A DNA stretch of 64,000 bases from Macrostomum lignano. Its lineage: Eukaryota. The notes below the pieces were generated by a model that saw nothing but the letters and a program-made list of their open reading frames with translations, had not been told where the DNA came from and ran no database searches. Position numbers and translations under genes: made by a program. The stretch spans positions 75,004-139,003 of the forward strand of contig NIVC01003207.1 in NCBI GenBank assembly GCA_002269645.1, written 5' to 3'. Shown in pieces: positions 24,632 to 36,722 of this stretch (position 1 is its first letter; each line of letters begins with the position of its first letter).

Positions 24632-27600
24632 TATAGGGCTGCTTTATAAGTTTGAGAAAAAGAATTTTTTTGCTTTCACCTTAATTTTTTTGTATATACT
24701 CCCACGTAATGAGACTTCTCAACATAGTTTCCAGACAGATTGATGCATTCCTGCATCCTATAGAACCATGCTGAAAAACAGTCCCTTAATTCCACCTGAG
24801 TGACAGCTTCCAGCTCTACTTTCAATGCCTCTTCAAGCTCTTTGCGCAACTCAAAGCACTTTCCCTTGAGATTCTTCTTGATCTTTGGAAAGAGGAAGAA
24901 GTTAGCTAGAGTAAGGTCAGGCAAGTAGGCTAGACATGGCAATAGAGTCAGCTGAGTCAATGCAAGAAACTTTTGTGTCATCCTGGCTTGGTGAGCTGGA
25001 GTATTGTCATGGTGCAAGAAAATGGCACAGTCTCTGCTCTTTGGCCACTCCTGATCCTGTCACTGTGGCAGTCACTGTTGCAGTGACTGTGGCACTTTCC
25101 TCAAGTAGAATGGGTGACAGGATGCCATACTGCCAGAAGAAAACTGCTGTCATGACCTTGCTAACATTTCTCTCATGTAGGAATTTGATGGGGACATCTT
25201 CTTTGAAGGCAATCTACTTTCTGCTCTGGAATTTGGTCTCTCGGTCATAAAAGTAAACCTAAGTTCAGGGTGCCCGTGCCCTTCTTTATCTCTTTTATTC
25301 TCCTTTATTTGGCAAACCCCTCCTTTATCTGCTTTATTTTAAAGATTTTTTTTTGGATTTTTTTAGCCCCTTAACACTGCTATTTAGTTCGAACAAAATC
25401 GGTTGAGCTGTTTTAGCTAAAATCAATCAAATACCCACAGACAGATCATTTTTAGTATATGGAAATAGTATATTTAGATTATATATTACTTAATATATTA
25501 TTAGTTTAGGGTCCTTTTAAATAATCATTAGGCTTATTCTATTCACTTGTACTTTTTTCCTGGACAAAGATATGTTGAAGAATATTTTGTAGGTCTTAAA
25601 AACTTTTGTATATACGATTACTAATTTTACAAAATTTTAAGCATTAACCCTAGGTTAGCCACAATATTAGATATTGAAAGATAAAATGATTTTGTTATAA
25701 TCTAGCCTAGCCTTATATAGTAAGTTTTTTTCTACAGTTAAAAAACTTGCCAGTTATAGCTATTTGGATAATAAATCAGTATTAGTATGGTGTCATCTAA
25801 AAAAAAACCTAAAAAGAAAAAAGAGAAGACATACAATTCAACTTTCAAGCCTAAATGGCTTTCAAGCAATCCAATGGGCTGAGGTAATTAGATGTCAGGA
25901 TGACTACAATGCTTTTTGTACTTGCTGTTCTACCAAAATAGGTGTCTGCCACATGGGTAAATCACCAAATGTATTATGGAAAGCATGACTTGCAAGCTAG
26001 GCAATGGCAGGGCTTGCTGCAATTTTTTTTACATGCAAAATGACATTTCCCAGGTTGGAAGAAACGACTTGTCTGCTATTGCTCAGCACTTGAAGCTGGA
26101 TAGCCATGTGAAAAAGTGGAAACATATGGAATATTGCTAGCCTTGAATATGGAAACATATTCAAGGCTAGCAATGTGCAGCTCTTATTTGTTTTAAGCCA
26201 TCAATAGCAGCTGCAAATTCATCTGCTCCAGCCACTGATCCAGCTGCCATAGCTGCTGATCCACCTGCTGCTGCTACTGTTGCTGCTAATTTTTCTGTCA
26301 ATACTGGCTCTGGTACTAGTGGAGACCAGTTCTATAACTCTTTTTTGTGATGAACATATATGTGACCAGAGCTGAAATCAAGTGGGCACTTTATCTTGTT
26401 TGGTCACATGGCTCTTTCTAAAGCAGCGATAGAATGGCTAATGTACTTTAAGACATGGATCCCAACAGTGAGATTTTATGCTAAATCTTGATGGATGGGA
26501 CAAGGTGAGCAGTTTATTTTTTTGTCATCTTGTTTGTGCTAGCCTATACTTCTATAAGCTTTTCTTTTAGCATCTCTGCATGCCTAATGAATATTTATAA
26601 TAGTTGTATAATTATTATCGCAATTTATACAAGTAAAATAGTCGATTATTAGCCATGTTGAATCCATGCGAAAAAACTAGAAAGTAATTTAGCCTTTTGT
26701 TTTACTAAGTGAAATATTGACAATAAATATATTTTGTTATAAATGTAGCCTCCTAGACTCTATATATATAAAAGCCAATTTGCTCCCAAATAAACCAACT
26801 TGCTCTTAGCTTGTTTGTTTGCCAAATTCATAGTAATATTTTCAGACTTGTTTTTGTATAAACCTTGAATTCTTATTCAGTTAGTTTTTTGCAAAACTAA
26901 AAGGTTGAAGTGCTCAGAAACTTACTTAGAAAAGGGATTTGGAAAATATATGAAAGAAAGTACTAAGAGTAATCTCTGTGACCCTCTAATCTTGGTTAGA
27001 GGTTAGACTGCTCAGGCCAAATTATACAAGGGTGTCTAAAAAGTAGTGATACTTTTAACCATAGCTCTTGTTCTATAGCTTCCTGTGATATAAAATTTTA
27101 TGAACTAATAGTGGCAAATCTTTTCTAGACTGCTTTTTGAATTTTTTTAAAATTGATACTAGAGAACAAAAGTTATACCCATGAATGAAAGTAACAGTAC
27201 CTGTACCATAGAGTTACACAAACTATATTGAAATTTATAATAGTCAACTTCTGCACTTATTCATTAGGAAGGCATTGATAAATGTCTTTTTTAAGCAATA
27301 CCAAAGCCCAATTGCAAAATGATAACTCACTGTGACTGACTGAAATTTGTCTATGGACAAGATCATGCGCAGAAAAATAAAGCATTAAATTCATTACTTT
27401 ACTTGCAAACAAAGGAGCTTGCATTTTGCGATTTGTTCATGAGTTCATTGCCCATACTCGACAACACACATGGATGTGCACTCAGTTGTTGCTCAGCAAA
27501 GTACCATCTTCACTCTCTGGGGCACTGGCCATAGAGCCTCAGTAATTCACACAAAACTTTGCTCTGTGCACGGATCCTCTGTGGTCAACAAAATGACAGT

Positions 27601-29454
27601 TTGTGCCGACATTGTGCCAAAAGTTTTTGATTAAACTTTTAAACTTAAAAATTTTCACTGAATGCAAATGAGTGACACATGAGCAGGCAGATCAGGCCAT
27701 TAGTCAATTTGTTGCTTTCTATAGCAACGAAAGAGTAATTGAAGCCTTGCAGGCCTTCAATGCTTCCAAGGATTGTTTAGACACTTTCTTTGTGCAGTTG
27801 TTTAACACCAATGTCGATCTGACTGAATTGAGTGAACTTTGGACTATTGTCTGCATGGTCCTTATTCTTTCACATGGACAGGCATCTGTTGAGAGTGGAT
27901 TTTCTATCAAAAAGACTCTCATAGTTGAGAACCTATCTGACAGAAGCCTTATTGCTCAACAGATTATAAATGATGCTATTCTCCAGTCAGATGGCTCACT
28001 TACTTCTATTGAAATAACACCAAGCATGCTTAGGCATATAAAGGTTGTTAAAACTCGGTCTTGCAAGGCACAAGAACAACAGGGAAAGGCTGACTCTGCA
28101 CAAGATCAATGAAAATGAACTAAAAAGTGCCAGAGAAGAAATGGAAAAGCTTAAGAAAGAATTAGCAACAAAGCGACATGTTGCAGAGGCTGCAACTAAG
28201 GAGGCTAACACTTTGCTAAGACAGCTGAATGAATTAAAAAAGAAGTAGCCTATTGATTTGATACTAAATTGTTTTCTCAACTAGCTACCAGATTACCTAT
28301 TACTTCTGCGTTTTTGTTAATGTTTTCAGTAATCAGTGCTCATATTTGTTTCTAATTGCTTTAAAACTTTCAACATTCTTTTTAGAAATAGTCAGTAAAC
28401 AATAGGATTTTTCTAATAGTAACAATAACAATTATTGTTTGTATAAGAAATATATGCCCATAAGTGCATAACAATCCTTTTTCACTTAAGCTTCATGCTT
28501 ATTTAGTTTTAGTAGTTTACCACTGCATTTGTTTTTTTGCTTTGTATACAAATTGTACATTCACAACATCTTTTTGAAATTAGTACATGAATTGGCTTCT
28601 TAAAACTTATTATATTGTATCATTATAGGGTGCAATGATGTTATACTTTTTTCATTATATTGCCATCTAAATTAAAATATAAGCATATTGAGCATGTGAT
28701 ATAGGTTTAGGTCCACGTTAATACATTAAAAATTAGGTCTCCTTTATTTTGGCATCAAACAGTCTTATGTATTTTACTTGCTCAAAATGTGCGGGCACCC
28801 TGCAAGTTTCATCTCCTATCAGGATATTGTCCATTAATTTTGAAGCCCATGCAATGAATTTGTTAAGCATGAAGTTTGCAAACTCAACATGAGCTTGCCT
28901 TTGGGTCCAGTTCAAGTGATGGGGCACCCAGTGTACAGACACTTTTCTCGTGCCTAGATGATCATGCAAGATGGAAATGTCATCTGAATCCAAAATCCTA
29001 ACATGTTTCTTGATTTTGCAAACCATCACTTGTTAATGTTCATTGAGCAGTCTTTGGACACTGGCCACTATTGCATTTGTAATGGCCAAATTTGGATGGC
29101 CTTCATATTAATCATTGTCTAGCTCCAGGCAGCCAGAATGAAATTGGCCAAACCACTTGTATATACTATTATCTGGGATAGGGCTTCATCATCTAGGGCT
29201 TTTTGAAGCATCTGCAAGCACTTGAAGGCAGATTAGCCAAGTTAAAATTGAGCAAGAATTGCAATTTGTCTGTCACACTCTGCCAATCACAGGGCAAGTT
29301 TGGGGTCATAACACTTTTTCAACCACTGCATTATACCATTTTAGTCAGAGGCTGAAAATTGCAATATCTACTGAAATAAGCATATAAAATCTCATTTTAT
29401 TTGCATAAAATGAAGTTAATTTTTCTACAAACTTATTATTAAGCAGCACTTGTA
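24632..29454 (-). mobile_element. Decayed mariner transposon (~1.28 kb once the insert is removed), split by a hAT-like insertion
   Basis: Degenerate TIRs at ~24632-24660 and ~29421-29454. Motifs WVPH (~28920), reconstructed GDETWVYFYDRETK, HHDNTPAH and AYLPDLTLANFFLFPKIK (YSPDLAP-like). Confidence 0.85.
25266..28802 (+). mobile_element. Decayed hAT-like DNA transposon, TIR CAGGGTGCCCG, 6-bp TSD (T/C)AAGTT
   Basis: 11-bp perfect TIRs. Zinc-finger remnant (AFCTCCSTKIGVCHMG) near 25900 and C-terminal LILSHGQASVESGFS near 27870. Confidence 0.75.
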
Positions 29455-30059
29455 TTTGAATCAAAATGTTTCATTAATTTACTACTAGGGCCTAGCTATC
29501 TACCTTAGCATAGACCTCTAGAAAACAAACTGAAACTGACAGCAGACAATACAAACCAAATCAAAAATATTAATCAAACTAGATATTTTTATTGAGTAGG
29601 CCTAAGAGGCTATTGATCAAATGGCTTTTCTTATGCCTTTTATTTTTGGGCATCAATAATTTAAGTAGACCTACATATAAATAAAACTACAAATATTGAT
29701 TTGATGCTAGGCTAATTGGCACCTAGTATTCTATTGCCACACCTCTAGCAATAGCCATACCAAATTTACCAAGCTAAATTACCATTCTGTTCTACGCACA
29801 TCTTTAGCTTTATATTTGATTGTGACATTTGTGGTGGCCTTTGTGATCTTGTGCAATGCATTTTTCTTTTTTTACCATACAAACTGTATCTTTGTGGCAG
29901 TAACTCTGTTATTGTCTGGTCCCAAGCCCAGAATGAGAAAGGAGAAGGGCTGCATTGAATAAACATGCAGTTGAATACAGTGGTTTCAGAGATACTGTGT
30001 CCAAGATACTAAGAATACAAGTTGGAAGGGAAAAAAGTTTCATGCGAGGTGTGTATTAT

Positions 30060-30235
30060 TGGCAGTTGACAAAGTGAGTTGTGACCAAAAGTTGACATTG
30101 TCCCATTGAACAGTTGACAAAATAGGCCTAACCAAGCTTTGAAAGTATCCTATTGGTTGGTTGATAAAACAACCAATATGGGGAACAGGTTGACGATGTG
30201 TCCAGTTGACAGTTGACAATGGCAGTTGATGAAAT
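30060..30235. repeat. Cluster of short (CA)GTTGAC motifs, resembling transposon subterminal repeats
   Basis: About eight GTTGA(C/T) motifs within 180 bp. Parent element not identified. Confidence 0.4.
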
Positions 30236-30673
30236 GACTAGGCCTAGGATCCTTAAAATGACATGGCAATGGCATGGCATGAAGTGCAGTTCAAGAAAAT
30301 ATGTCTATGGCCAAAATCAGTGTCAACTCTGTGCAATTAAAGGGAGATGGGCTTGGGGTTAGAAATGTTAGCTGCCAAGTTGAGAATACTCAAGAGTTAA
30401 GATGCAAGTTATTCCCATTGAAAAAGTAATTTAATTAATGATTCTGCAGGATAGCCAACCCAGCTTCCTAGACCTAGTGTCACTATGAGCAGAATGACAT
30501 TATTTGTGTACATAGGATACTCAAGTTCCACTTCATAAGCTTAAGTTGCCAAGTTGATAGGCCCTTTGGTTGAATAAAAAAATACAATTATTTTAGTGCC
30601 TACAATTTGTGGTCATTTTTTCATGAAAAGTTAGGCCTAGTTTATATGATATATTAATATAATAATTATATTA

Positions 30674-30785
30674 GGTTATCTTCAAGTTTCGTTCGTTTAA
30701 TTCCAACACCCACCCCCCACCACCCTTGAATAGAGGGCGAAAATAATTCCGGAAATAATTAAACGAACGAAACTTGAAGATTGCC
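30674..30785. mobile_element. 112-bp MITE, PIF/Harbinger(Tourist)-like, TTA TSD
   Basis: Perfect 25-bp inverted repeat 30678-30702/30757-30781 extending to GG..CC termini, with TTA on both sides. Confidence 0.7.
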
Positions 30786-32003
30786 TTATATTATATTATA
30801 TATATATATACATATATACACAATTACTTCTACACTACTTCTACACAGTAATTTTTTGCTAGGTTGAACATGCTACGGCTGATTGATGACTCACTATCAA
30901 TAGGCGAAGTTTCAGAAGCAGCCCACTGGTCCATCAGTTACTCGGACGATTTTTACAAGAAATGGAATGACTATGCAAGAATATAAATGTCTGTATCTTA
31001 CAGTGAAATTAGGGTAAAAACTTTATTTAATAATAAAAAATAGTGTTATGAACATTTAGAGAATTTAATTTTTTAGAATGTTAGGAGCATTTGTTTGTAT
31101 GTGCTACGAAAAAACGGGCCCTACAAAGTCTGAGATTTGAATTCCACGGTTTACGCTTCTTTAAAACCAGCAATTACCTGTTTGTTGGTTATACTGCTGG
31201 ACTTACAGAAAAAAACGCAGAAGTATTTACTGTAAAATGTCTCTTATCGATATAATTCTTCAGACGCACTACTTAACTTAAAAGTGATGCTTAACTTGTA
31301 ACTAAATGCGTTTGCAGATGTTCATCAACTAAATCCTGCAATTAATTGGCAGAACTTTATGACTAACAGTTACTGATTTAGTAACAAAAATAAAAAAACA
31401 CTTACTCTAAACTGCCGCCTGAAGCAAATCTCGCTAAAACTTCATTCAAAAACAAAAATTATCGATCGTAACCCCCGTACATGTATATGGCCCTATAGCA
31501 TCATCGAAAACTGCAGAAAGCATCAAGAAACGAACATACTTATGTCATTGTTAATATATATGATGGGCTAATAAAGATTAGATACACGCAAGGACCACTT
31601 TAGTATAACAGGCCCGTAAGAACTTAAATGTCAGAGTATCAATTACTCTGAGTAATTTAATTAGATCGGCCAATGTTTTTTTAAAACCAATGAAGCTTTC
31701 ACTATACAAACTTGTATTATAACTACAGCTAGCAGAGTAACATTATTTTCGTGCCAAATTTATAGGATCACTTCACTGGCCCCAAATCAACTGCAATAAT
31801 TGATATTGTGACTACAAACGAATTTTTATTATCTCTGCGGTGTAATTTTCAGGAAATTGGCCACTAAAAATACCCACAAGATCTTTGAGTTTTTCGTCGT
31901 CAGCTGTTACTGTGGTTACCTTAATGCGTGTAGATAGTATATACAATTGGTCCTTGATCTGTATACATGTAGCTGGCACCCAGCTTACAAATTATAACAA
32001 CAT

Positions 32004-35000
32004 TGTGACGTTGTCAGTTTAAGGTGGTCCCGAAAAGGGCCGTTGGACTGCTGTTTCTCCATAGTTTCAACCCTTCAGTTTCACCGTTCCAACTAAACTT
32101 TTCCATTTGTTTATTGCGACGTTTACTTGTAGTAGTGCCCAACGATTTTGTGGCAATTTCTAATTCACTGTATATTTTACTATCCTCTCTCGCGACCGTT
32201 TAAAATTGGCACGATCGATAATTTCAAGTTCTCTCGCCAGCCAATGAAAACTCTCCGTGTTTTACGCTCCCCCCTCTGCGCTCCTTTATTAAACCCCCCG
32301 CCTGGCGGCAGGCACTCCTCACTCCCTGCTCGTCCCTGTTCTTGTGTTCTGTGTTCTCTCTCCTTAGGCTTGCCTCCGTCCCGTCTGGCTTGCCTAGCCT
32401 TGTCTAGCCTTGTTTTCCTTCTCTCTGTCTGGCTGCCTCGAGCCTCCTTACCTCACGCCACGGCTGACGCCAACCTCGCCACTGCTCATCTGCCTACCTA
32501 CTACGTCTCACTGCCTTCACTGTACTCATTGCCATTGATCATCACGTTACGTCGCCATTATATCACTCGTCTGTCGCTTGAACTCACATCCAATTTATTG
32601 TCTTGTAACCGTGACAAACGGAGTGGTCTAAGATCTGACCTCATCAATATCAACGTCTGTGTATTGTACATTCACGCCAAAAAGGCAATAAGCGCACAGG
32701 ATACAGGGAACATGAAGAAAACGGCAGGTAGACGGCGCACAATACCGTAGGGGAGGATGGAAAAAGGGAAGGACAGCCGGCAAAAAGGACGACAAAAGCA
32801 GACGGAGGAAAAGCAGCAATCAAACAAAGAGAGAAACAGAGAATCCAGAAAAAGCAAAAAGTAGTACATTAGAACGGCCCAGAGCCCGTCGCAGACAGGA
32901 TAGGCAAAAGCAATACCAAAAGTTGAGAAGGCAAAGAAGAAGACAGCAGGAAGAAGGAAAGGAAAAGCAGACGACAGACACGCGCCACCCCCCCCCCCGG
33001 CTGCCACCCGGGGGACCAACGCACACCACACGAAGTCACAGCTACAGTCCGTCCGGTTTTCTGGCCAAAACCGGCAAACCCGTACAAGCACCAAAGGAGA
33101 CGGGCCAAGTCGGCGAGGCGCGAGGCCACCCGTCATAAGGGCGTAGTGCCAGACCACGACAAGCAGTGGAGATTGTGATTAAAGTTAACCATAATAACAT
33201 ATAAGTAGCATAGTTAGTAAATTAATAAGTTAGTTAAACTTCCTACATCCAAGTTAAGACATAAGTAGCATATAAAGTAAGTAGTCATCAAAGATAAATA
33301 TGGCCTAATTGGAAAGAATTAACCAAAGAAATCTATTTGGACCCACACCCCCCACACACCTTTGGAAAGATTTCAAGAGCTGCCATACCTCCCCGTCCTT
33401 CTATGGAAAGCCTCCGCCTCATAAACCCCTCCCTCAAGTACCATGATCGACAACAGTTTCTGTTCGGCTTTAGTGAAACCTAAATTAGTTAAAATTTGCG
33501 ATGTTCTCTTCTCCATGCATCCTCTCCAATTCCAGATAAGCCCAGAGCATTTAAATCCTGGTTTTTCTAACGACTTAAGGTTATAGTAATTAAGGACCCA
33601 ATCTTTGATGCATGGTTTGTTATAATAGCTACATTTATTATCGGCAGCTCTTTCCATACTTCCTGGTCCCACTCCCGCATCTGCAACAATTGAGACGTCC
33701 CCAATCCAGGCGGTGTTGCCCATCTTCCAAATCAGGTCTGGCCTACGACCTCCTTCTTTCGTAGAAATAAGCTGTTCTTTGATAGGTTGATGAGCTCTAG
33801 TTTCTAATTTGGCAAAAATATAGTTAACAATCTTATGGTGCCTGAAGTTACGTTTGTCGAATGTACGATTACAGCTTTGTAAGATGTGCCCCAAACCTTC
33901 AGCTCTACGACAGCCCGCATCGCAATTCGGAGCTTTGCCCCGACCTCTGGATGCACGGGCCCTGGTAGGCCAAAGATTGGATCTTATTTTGAGGCACTTA
34001 ATACACATTTCTGATGAGACTATGCTTGTGCCGTCGGAGACCCAGTCATGAACGAAAGGGACCTCGGCGGCTTCAGCAAGGCCTCTGCCATCCATCGTGT
34101 TGTTGAGCCTCTCTTTCCAATGGAGGTTAATTTCATTCATACTGTTATAAACTATTAAAGATTTGTCAAGTTTAAATTTATTGGCGAATTTAGGTTGATT
34201 AGCGATCTTCTTAATTAGAGAGTCACTACAGTTAATAAGGCTTTGAAGTTTCCTGTTCTTAAAGTAAGGAATACATGTAGTAAATGAACTAATACCCAGG
34301 CCTCCATCGCGTACCCTCGCATGAATTATAGGCGACGGAGTATCCTTGGGTAACCTGAGTATATTGATAACCCATTTTCTGACCGTAATGTCTGCTTCTA
34401 ATAATGTCTTTTTGTGGATTCTACCGTTAGTAAGAAGATAATTAACTTTAGGTATGACATTAGTGGAAAGTAGGTACATGCGTTGCTGAGGCCTAAGAGG
34501 GGCCTCCTTAAGTTTGGCAAGCATGTCCTTTAAGACCTTCAATCCCGGCTGCACTTGCCCTTTGGCATTGATCTCAATTCCCAAATATTTATAGCTATTT
34601 TGAAGGCCTATATTAGGTAGTTCTTGGTTGTAAATTTTAAATCTAATGCTTTGGTTATTAAGCCACCTCTTGTTCTTCCCATCCCAAACGATCGCGATGG
34701 TAGCACTCTTCTTGATATTGACTTCGAGGCCAGTTGGAGCAAGGGCCTCTTCAAAGGTACTGAGATGTTTAGTAAGTCCGGCTTCACTCGATGCGCAGAT
34801 AGCCATATCGTCCGCAAATGCTGCAGAGTTGACTCTCTCCTGAGCAATTGGGAAGGCTAGGTGCGGGTCGAGTGAGCCCAGGACCTCATCTATTACAAAA
34901 TTAAAAAGGATAGGTGACAAAGGGTCACCTTGCTTGACCCCCCTCCCAAGATTAGTAGTATTCCCAAAGATTTCAGTAGTATTGTTGGTGTATAAGTTGT

Positions 35001-35457
35001 CTAGGTAGTTAATTAATAGATCTGGTATACCTACTCTCCTGGCTGCCCTAATTAAAGTTGGGTGGTTGACCGAATCGAAAGCTTTTTTAAGGTCTAGGAA
35101 GGCCAGGAACAGGGGTGAGTTCCCTGCTCTGGCCTCCGCTAGAAGGTTTTCAATTAGGAAGTGATTCGCGCCAACCCCATCTAACCCTAGTTTGAAACCC
35201 CTCTGAACACTACTGATATCACTGATATAAAAGAAACCATTGTTGCAGCCGCCAGTGCCCAGAAAGCAATAGTTTGTTATTTGCCAGTAACAACCAAACT
35301 TACTATTTACATTGATAATAAAAACGACTACGGCAGTTTCCTGCCCTTATTGCCAAGTGCTCCGCTACACCATCCACTTCGCCTAAGTTGACTTCAACTT
35401 ATTTTGGGACTAAAACGGCCCTTTTAAGGGTCACGGCCAACATCAAATAACGTGACA
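32004..35457. mobile_element. TG...CA-bounded element with 5-bp TSD AACAT (solo LTR or TIR element) hosting the R2-type insertion
   Basis: TGTGACGTT...AACGTGACA termini, AACAT at 31999-32003 and 35458-35462, and an imperfect ~40-bp terminal IR sharing AAAAGGGCCGTT. Confidence 0.45.
33373..35220 (-). mobile_element. 5'-truncated R2-type non-LTR retrotransposon: RT + CCHC knuckle + restriction-like endonuclease, ~615 uninterrupted codons
   Basis: Frame extends upstream of the listed ORF with no stops: QRGF, DLKKAFDSV, GVKQGDPLSP, AFADD, YKYLG, CDAGCRRAEGLGHILQSC, RHHKIV, RPDL, DVSIV, KCSYY. Confidence 0.9.
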
Positions 35458-35599
35458 AACATGTTCAGTTCCTTTTGCGCAATGGGAAAGACCCACCCAT
35501 GCAATCTTCTAAATATACTAAATCTCTAAGGTTTGTATGTTTGTTGTTATTAAACGGGGTGGGTAGCCTAGGGGCTCCCGCGGATCTGCAGCCCAGGGA

Positions 35600-35994
35600 A
35601 TTGGGCTCGATCTGCCGCTGTGATGGGGCACAATCTACCAGGGATTCCAATTCCACTGTCAGAGATGAGAGCCAAGACACAATAAGCAGGGAAACAACCA
35701 GAGGAGCCAGCAGATGGACGACCAAGGCAAAGCAGGATGGACCGGGCAGGGAGGGCAGAGCTCATAACTCCAAAGATTGGAAGGCACTGCCAGGCCTTAG
35801 ATAAAAGCGGGGAGATAAAAACAAATGGGAGAAGCACCTAAACCCTAAACCCGGGGCTCAGCCTCAGGGCTGGCATCAACTGGGCTCTACCGTACACTTT
35901 TGTGAATTGTCGTCTTTCCTGCAGGGCGGGTGCGACCGGGGGGCTCAATTGTCCCGTTCTAGCCACACTGCAGTCCAGATCTCCAACTCACTCC
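35600..35994 (+). mobile_element. Dispersed repeat, probable 3' end of an RTE-like LINE (copy 1)
   Basis: Homologous to 48180-48577 plus 49370-49385. Both copies end at CTCCAACTCACTCC. Confidence 0.5.
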
Positions 35995-36722
35995 AGGTAC
36001 ACCCCCCCCTAACCCAAGGCCGATGCATGGCCAAACAATTGGAAAGAAAAAGTTGGGCTATATTCAGATGAGCACATCACCTCCGGTGAGGACTCTAATT
36101 GGATTGGGCTAGCGAGGCAGCCAGGGTAAAAACAGTCAGAGACCGTCTTTACGGTCTGTATGTTTGCTTGCTAGCTTGCTTGTCCATAACGCTCTAGCCA
36201 ATTACTATACTTCTACCATCTTGCGCAACCACAATTTTGATGCCACCAATGCAATTGCAAGTAACATATCTTGGTAAAGTCAATTGTTGTAATTTCATTA
36301 TATCCTCAGCCTCACATGTGAAGTCATTTCGCAAAATTTTGCTACTACAAATTACTTAGTAGATTTAAAATCGTTTTAAACTGAAAAGCTAAATAAACAG
36401 AGAAACAAACGACACTACATGCACGAGAGTAATGTGTAAGTTTATTGCAATTTAAAAGATGGAAAACAGGATTTTACAATTAACTTGCAATATTCAACAC
36501 AGCTAACATAAGTTTATAGTGCGGAAAATATTAATAAAAAAATTTGTAAGGCAGATTTCGATTAAAGCCAAAACTTTAGGTTAACTTTAGATAAGGTGAA
36601 AAAAATCAAGATGCATCGGAAATGTTTCAAGTATTCTGACGTTTAGCCAATGTAACGTTACTTTCTGAATCTCATCAGGCTTTTACTATTGTGCATTTGT
36701 GACACGGAATTAAATTGCTTTT

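Noticed and set aside
32004-32616. Complete solo LTR ending at GTGACA 32616
   Set aside because: It has CAAT/TATA-like motifs, but the flanks AACAT/AACGG do not form a TSD and no PBS or PPT is adjacent. The 35457 end fits better.
33100-35260. 28S rDNA flanking the R2-type element
   Set aside because: No rRNA-like sequence or TAGCCAAA target remnant is visible at either side.
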